Of a stretch of 27,610 nt of DNA, positions 23,940 to 27,610 are shown in pieces. The notes beneath the pieces were generated by a model. That model was not told where the DNA came from, ran no database searches, and saw only the letters and a program-made list of their open reading frames with translations. Every line of letters starts with the position of its first letter. Within the stretch, counting starts at the first letter, position 1. Made by a program: the position numbers and the translations under genes. The stretch comes from a virus (Duplodnaviria; Heunggongvirae; Uroviricota; Caudoviricetes): IMG/VR virus record IMGVR_UViG_3300015360_000028, positions 64,001-91,610 of that record. The stretch is one strand, 5' to 3'.

Positions 23940-26900
23940 TGCATTTTTTTAATAATCAATTTTCTAATTATAACCGCAAGGTAACTTATCGTCTTGGCAG
24001 CATTATTGACAAATTCACAGCAATTGTTCCGCCTGGTGCCTCTGCCCTAAGATTAAAAATATGGGCAGCTGGTGGTTCTGCAGGTGGCTGGAATACGACT
24101 GCAGATCGTCTTGGTGGCGATGGTGCTGGCGGTGGTTTCTTTTCAGGGACTATGTCAGTTACCACAGGAGGCAGTTTCTCTGTATGGCTTTCTGGCCCAC
24201 AAACTTCACCTGTTGCTGGGCGCGGCGGTGCCGGCGGCGGTCATGTTCAAATTTATTATGCTGCTGCAGGAGTCTTGGCAGGAGGTCCCTCAATTGCAGT
24301 CGTTGGCGGTGGCGGCGGCGGTGGCGGCGCTGGGCAAAACGCAACCAGTTCTGGAGGTGCCGGCGGTGCCGGCGGCGGTTCTACCGGAGGATCAGGTAGT
24401 TTAAGCCAAGACGCTACATCTAATTTTGGTCAAGGTGGCTCTCAAATCGCGGGTGGTGTTGGCGGCGCCGGCGGAGCAGGTACGGATGGTGCAGCAGGTG
24501 GATCAGTTTCTGTAGACCCTGCGGGCGGTGGCGGCGGTAATGGTGGTGCTTCTGGTACAGGTGGTGCAGCTAATGCCGGGTCTATTGGCGGTGCTGGTGC
24601 TGGGGGTTCGATCACGTCGGGTCGTGGTGGCGGCGGCGGTGGTGGCGGCGGCTATTATGGCGGCGGTGGCGGCGAAGGGGGCCAAACATCAGGCAATGCC
24701 GGCGGCGCCGGCGGTGGAGGCGGCTCAACATGGCATGATACAGCTTATTTCACAAAAGTAGTTTCTACTCAGGGCTCAGGATCTAACGCAGCGAATATGA
24801 CAGACGTAGATTATATATCTGGCGTGGGTATGGGTGGTATATCAGTTCTAGATCAAGTCGGTGGAATGACTGGTGGAGATGCTATAGCAGTTTTTGAATG
24901 GGTCATGTCTGATCAGCCTACAACAAAAAAACACATTTTTTATGAACCAACAAGTGGTTCGGCGTTTCAAGTTCCAGACGGTGTTACAAGATTAGACGTA
25001 AAATTATGGGGAGCAGGGGGAGCTTCTGGAAGCCTCGGTGCTGCATTAGGAACTTCTGGCGCAGGCGGTGGCGGCGGAAACGTTAATGGATGGTTCGCAG
25101 TAACTCCTGGCGAAACCATTATGATCATCGTTGGCCACGGCGGCTTTGCCGTTCCAGCGGGTTCAACTGGTGGAGGAAGAGGCGGAAACGATACCAGCAT
25201 CTATAGACTTAAGATGCCGCCAACAAATTATCATGAGGCTGGAATCCAGCGTCTAAACACATATAAATGGGTCCCAATAGCTTTTGCTGGTGGAGGCGGC
25301 GGTGGAGGCGGCGTTGCTAATGTTGGAACTGGCGTAACTGCCGGTTCAGGTGGACCCGGCGGTGGCACAACAGCCATAAGCGGCGGAACGTCTACAGGAG
25401 GAACATCTAATGGTGTCGGTGCTTCTGGTGGCGACTCATCTGCCGGGGGTGCTCCTGGAGCAGGTGCCGGAACAGGATTAATAGGTATCACTGGCGATAC
25501 TTCTGCCGTATATGAAGGTGGCTCTGCTGGTGGCACATTATTACCTTCTACTGGCGTAAGAAGTGGCCAGCATAAATCCGGGGGCCTCACAAACGCTGAT
25601 ACTGCCACAGTAGGTGGCGGTGGCGGTGGCGGCGCAGGATATCATGGCGGTGGCGGTGGCGGCGGCGGTGGTCATGCGACTCTTGCTGCAGGCGGCGGTG
25701 GCGGTGGCGGTGGATCAAGCTACACAGGCCTCTTGTCAGGGGTAACCAGTACACAGGGATCTGGAACAGATCCCGCTGGATATGGAGATGCAGATTATAT
25801 TTATCCGGCTGGAACGGGCGGCGCGGCAATCGTGACAACCGCATCAGCCGCTAATGCAGGGAACCATGGCTTATGTGTTATCACACATGCTATTCCGGCA
25901 AAGAAAATAATAAAAAGAATTTTCGCCCATCATCTCGCTTCTTACAGAAATGTTAATTGGATAGTTCCTAAAGGTGTGTCTTCAGTGACCTTCAAAGTTT
26001 GGGGACCGGGAGGCAGTTCTGGTAATATATCGACAGGGTCCTCGATAAATGCCGGTGGCGGTGGCGGTGGTGGTTTCGCCCAAGGAACATTGGCAGTCAC
26101 ATCTGGCCAAGTATTTCAAATTCTTACATGCGTTAGATCTAGAAGATTATTCGCTAGTAACTCTGTTAGCGGTGGCTGTGGCGGTGCTATGGCTGCTGTC
26201 AGTCTTTATAGTGACGGCTCCTCCGGCTTAGCCGTAGCAATTCCTTATCTTATCGCTGGTGGTGGTGGTGGTGGTGGCGCTTCAGGAACCGTCGCCTCAG
26301 GATACGGCGGCGACGGTGGACCAGGTGGCGGCAGCACAGGCGGCGCAGGTGGAAATTCAAATGGTAATTCGGCCTTCGGCGGCGGGGGTGGAACTCAAGT
26401 AGCAGGCGGCACCGGCGGCACCGGCGGCGCAGGTGGTGATGGGGTAGCAGGAACCGCACAGCATGGTGGCGATGGTAATGGCACTCTGACTACTGCTGCA
26501 GCAGGAAATTTTAATGACAGTTATGGCAACGTCGGGGGGGCCGGCTCCGCCGGCGGCGGCGGAGGCGGCGGAGCCGGTTATTATGGCGGCGGCGGCGGCG
26601 AAAGTGCTTCACCATCTGGTGGCGGTGGAGGCGGCGGAGGATCTAACTTCCTTCATGCTTCTCTAACAAGTACCATAAGCACACAAGGTTCAGGCAGTAC
26701 TCCTGCTAACAACACAGATGAAGATTTTATAGACAGTGGTGATTATGGTTATGGTGCAAGACAAAATATAGTGGCTTCAGCTATTCCAGGAAATATGGGG
26801 TCGCAAGGATATGTAGTTGTCATTTATGATCAACGAGTCAGTGTCCCAGATTTTAATGCGAGTTATGAATTCGCACCAACAACTTCACAATCTTGGGTTG

Positions 26901-27610
26901 TTCCAAATAATTGTAGATATATATCAGCAAAACTTTGGGGAGCTGGCGGCGGCGGCGGCAATCATGGCGGAGTAGATGGCACAGTCAGTGATACTATCAC
27001 AAACGGATCATTCGGAGGATTGGGCGGAGGCGGAGCATTCCTTCATACTATGATTTCAGTTACACCAGGTGAAACTCTTACCATGAAAGTTGGTGGAGGT
27101 GGTCATGTAACGACCGGTGGCGGTGGAGGTGGCGGATATACTGCTATCTATCGTAGCTCTGTTCTATTGGCTATGACTGGAGGCGGTGGCGGTGGCGCCC
27201 AATCTGGCACCTTCGTATCCACGACCGGCCTATTCCACGGCGGTGGCTGTGGCGGTGGCGGTGGAATTCTTTCGGGAAATGGCGGCGAACATGCCAGACC
27301 TCACGCTTCAGGCGGTTCTCCTGGAACTCAAATAGCAGGTGGATTGACAGACAGTACATCTGGGGACGTGGGAACTTCTGGTTCTTCTCTTCAAGGAGGG
27401 CAAGGAGCCGGCACGGGAGTAGCAAGTTCAGGTGGATTTAATGGTGGTGGTGATGGTGGCAAAGCAAGTGGTGTGTCAGCCGGTGGTGGTGGCGGCGGTG
27501 GCGGCTATTATGGCGGAGCCGGCGGCAATAAAGCATCATCAGGAACTGACATGAGTGCAGGCGGTGGTGGCGGTTCTGGGTATCTTGGAGGCGATGTTGT
27601 CTTGGCCGAA
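23939..27610 (+). CDS. Giant glycine-rich adhesin (gp38-like/polyglycine-II modules, at least 4 in tandem), partial
   Basis: Manually translated, absent from the ORF track: ATG 23939 (TAATG overlap), open for 1224 codons to the window end. Repeated VP.G.....K(I/L/V)W(G/A)(A/P)GG...GGGGG(Y/H)GGGGG...STQGSG modules. Confidence 0.85.
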   Translation, partial: MHFFNNQFSNYNRKVTYRLGSIIDKFTAIVPPGASALRLKIWAAGGSAGGWNTTADRLGGDGAGGGFFSGTMSVTTGGSFSVWLSGPQTSPVAGRGGAGGGHVQIYYAAAGVLAGGPSIAVVGGGGGGGGAGQNATSSGGAGGAGGGSTGGSGSLSQDATSNFGQGGSQIAGGVGGAGGAGTDGAAGGSVSVDPAGGGGGNGGASGTGGAANAGSIGGAGAGGSITSGRGGGGGGGGGYYGGGGGEGGQTSGNAGGAGGGGGSTWHDTAYFTKVVSTQGSGSNAANMTDVDYISGVGMGGISVLDQVGGMTGGDAIAVFEWVMSDQPTTKKHIFYEPTSGSAFQVPDGVTRLDVKLWGAGGASGSLGAALGTSGAGGGGGNVNGWFAVTPGETIMIIVGHGGFAVPAGSTGGGRGGNDTSIYRLKMPPTNYHEAGIQRLNTYKWVPIAFAGGGGGGGGVANVGTGVTAGSGGPGGGTTAISGGTSTGGTSNGVGASGGDSSAGGAPGAGAGTGLIGITGDTSAVYEGGSAGGTLLPSTGVRSGQHKSGGLTNADTATVGGGGGGGAGYHGGGGGGGGGHATLAAGGGGGGGGSSYTGLLSGVTSTQGSGTDPAGYGDADYIYPAGTGGAAIVTTASAANAGNHGLCVITHAIPAKKIIKRIFAHHLASYRNVNWIVPKGVSSVTFKVWGPGGSSGNISTGSSINAGGGGGGGFAQGTLAVTSGQVFQILTCVRSRRLFASNSVSGGCGGAMAAVSLYSDGSSGLAVAIPYLIAGGGGGGGASGTVASGYGGDGGPGGGSTGGAGGNSNGNSAFGGGGGTQVAGGTGGTGGAGGDGVAGTAQHGGDGNGTLTTAAAGNFNDSYGNVGGAGSAGGGGGGGAGYYGGGGGESASPSGGGGGGGGSNFLHASLTSTISTQGSGSTPANNTDEDFIDSGDYGYGARQNIVASAIPGNMGSQGYVVVIYDQRVSVPDFNASYEFAPTTSQSWVVPNNCRYISAKLWGAGGGGGNHGGVDGTVSDTITNGSFGGLGGGGAFLHTMISVTPGETLTMKVGGGGHVTTGGGGGGGYTAIYRSSVLLAMTGGGGGGAQSGTFVSTTGLFHGGGCGGGGGILSGNGGEHARPHASGGSPGTQIAGGLTDSTSGDVGTSGSSLQGGQGAGTGVASSGGFNGGGDGGKASGVSAGGGGGGGGYYGGAGGNKASSGTDMSAGGGGGSGYLGGDVVLAE

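Noticed and set aside
23927-23951. Possible frameshift fusing the fibre to the adhesin (T-runs at the junction)
   Set aside because: GAT TTT TAC is not a valid tandem-slip heptamer, and the T7 run lies after the adhesin ATG; the TAATG overlap explains coupling.
24061-27425. Many short Arg/His/Ala/Pro-rich ORFs on both strands
   Set aside because: They are alternate-frame shadows of the GGN-rich adhesin gene. The same applies to other short overlapping ORFs within structural genes (e.g. 6595-6954, 2014-2521, 16016-16267).
1-27610. CRISPR array, tRNA/rRNA, DGR template/variable repeats, IS or homing endonuclease
   Set aside because: I saw no regularly spaced identical repeats, cloverleafs, adenine-specific repeat pair, reverse transcriptase or transposase motifs; gp4's TnsA-like fold is the normal head-completion protein.

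Overview
Tail/baseplate morphogenesis module of a large T4-like myovirus, with T4-type TATAAATA late promoters; the host cannot be assigned from this window. A leftward arm (gp4, gp54-like, gp26, gp51-like, partial tape-measure candidate) diverges from a long rightward operon: gp48, gp53, gp27-like hub, gp5, two hydrolase-like ORFs, PAAR/gp5.4, gp25, gp6, gp7, gp8, a DUF4815/VrlC-like protein split into two genes, a small coiled-coil protein, a fibre, and a >1224-aa glycine-rich adhesin missed by the ORF track. Main observations: (1) a probable programmed -1 frameshift at U-UUU-UUU fusing gp26 to gp51, resembling the lambda G/GT tail chaperones; (2) a gp5 carrying M15 peptidase and SleB/Hydrolase_2 domains instead of T4 lysozyme, followed by two more hydrolase-like ORFs; (3) an antisense island with host-type promoters encoding a probably leaderless secreted protein and a candidate ~130-nt sRNA, reminiscent of an effector/immunity cassette; (4) a BIL/pretoxin-type Hint domain with Lys at +1 inside the split DUF4815 protein; (5) an adhesin with at least four tandem polyglycine modules. 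All family assignments come from motifs recognised by eye, not from database searches.
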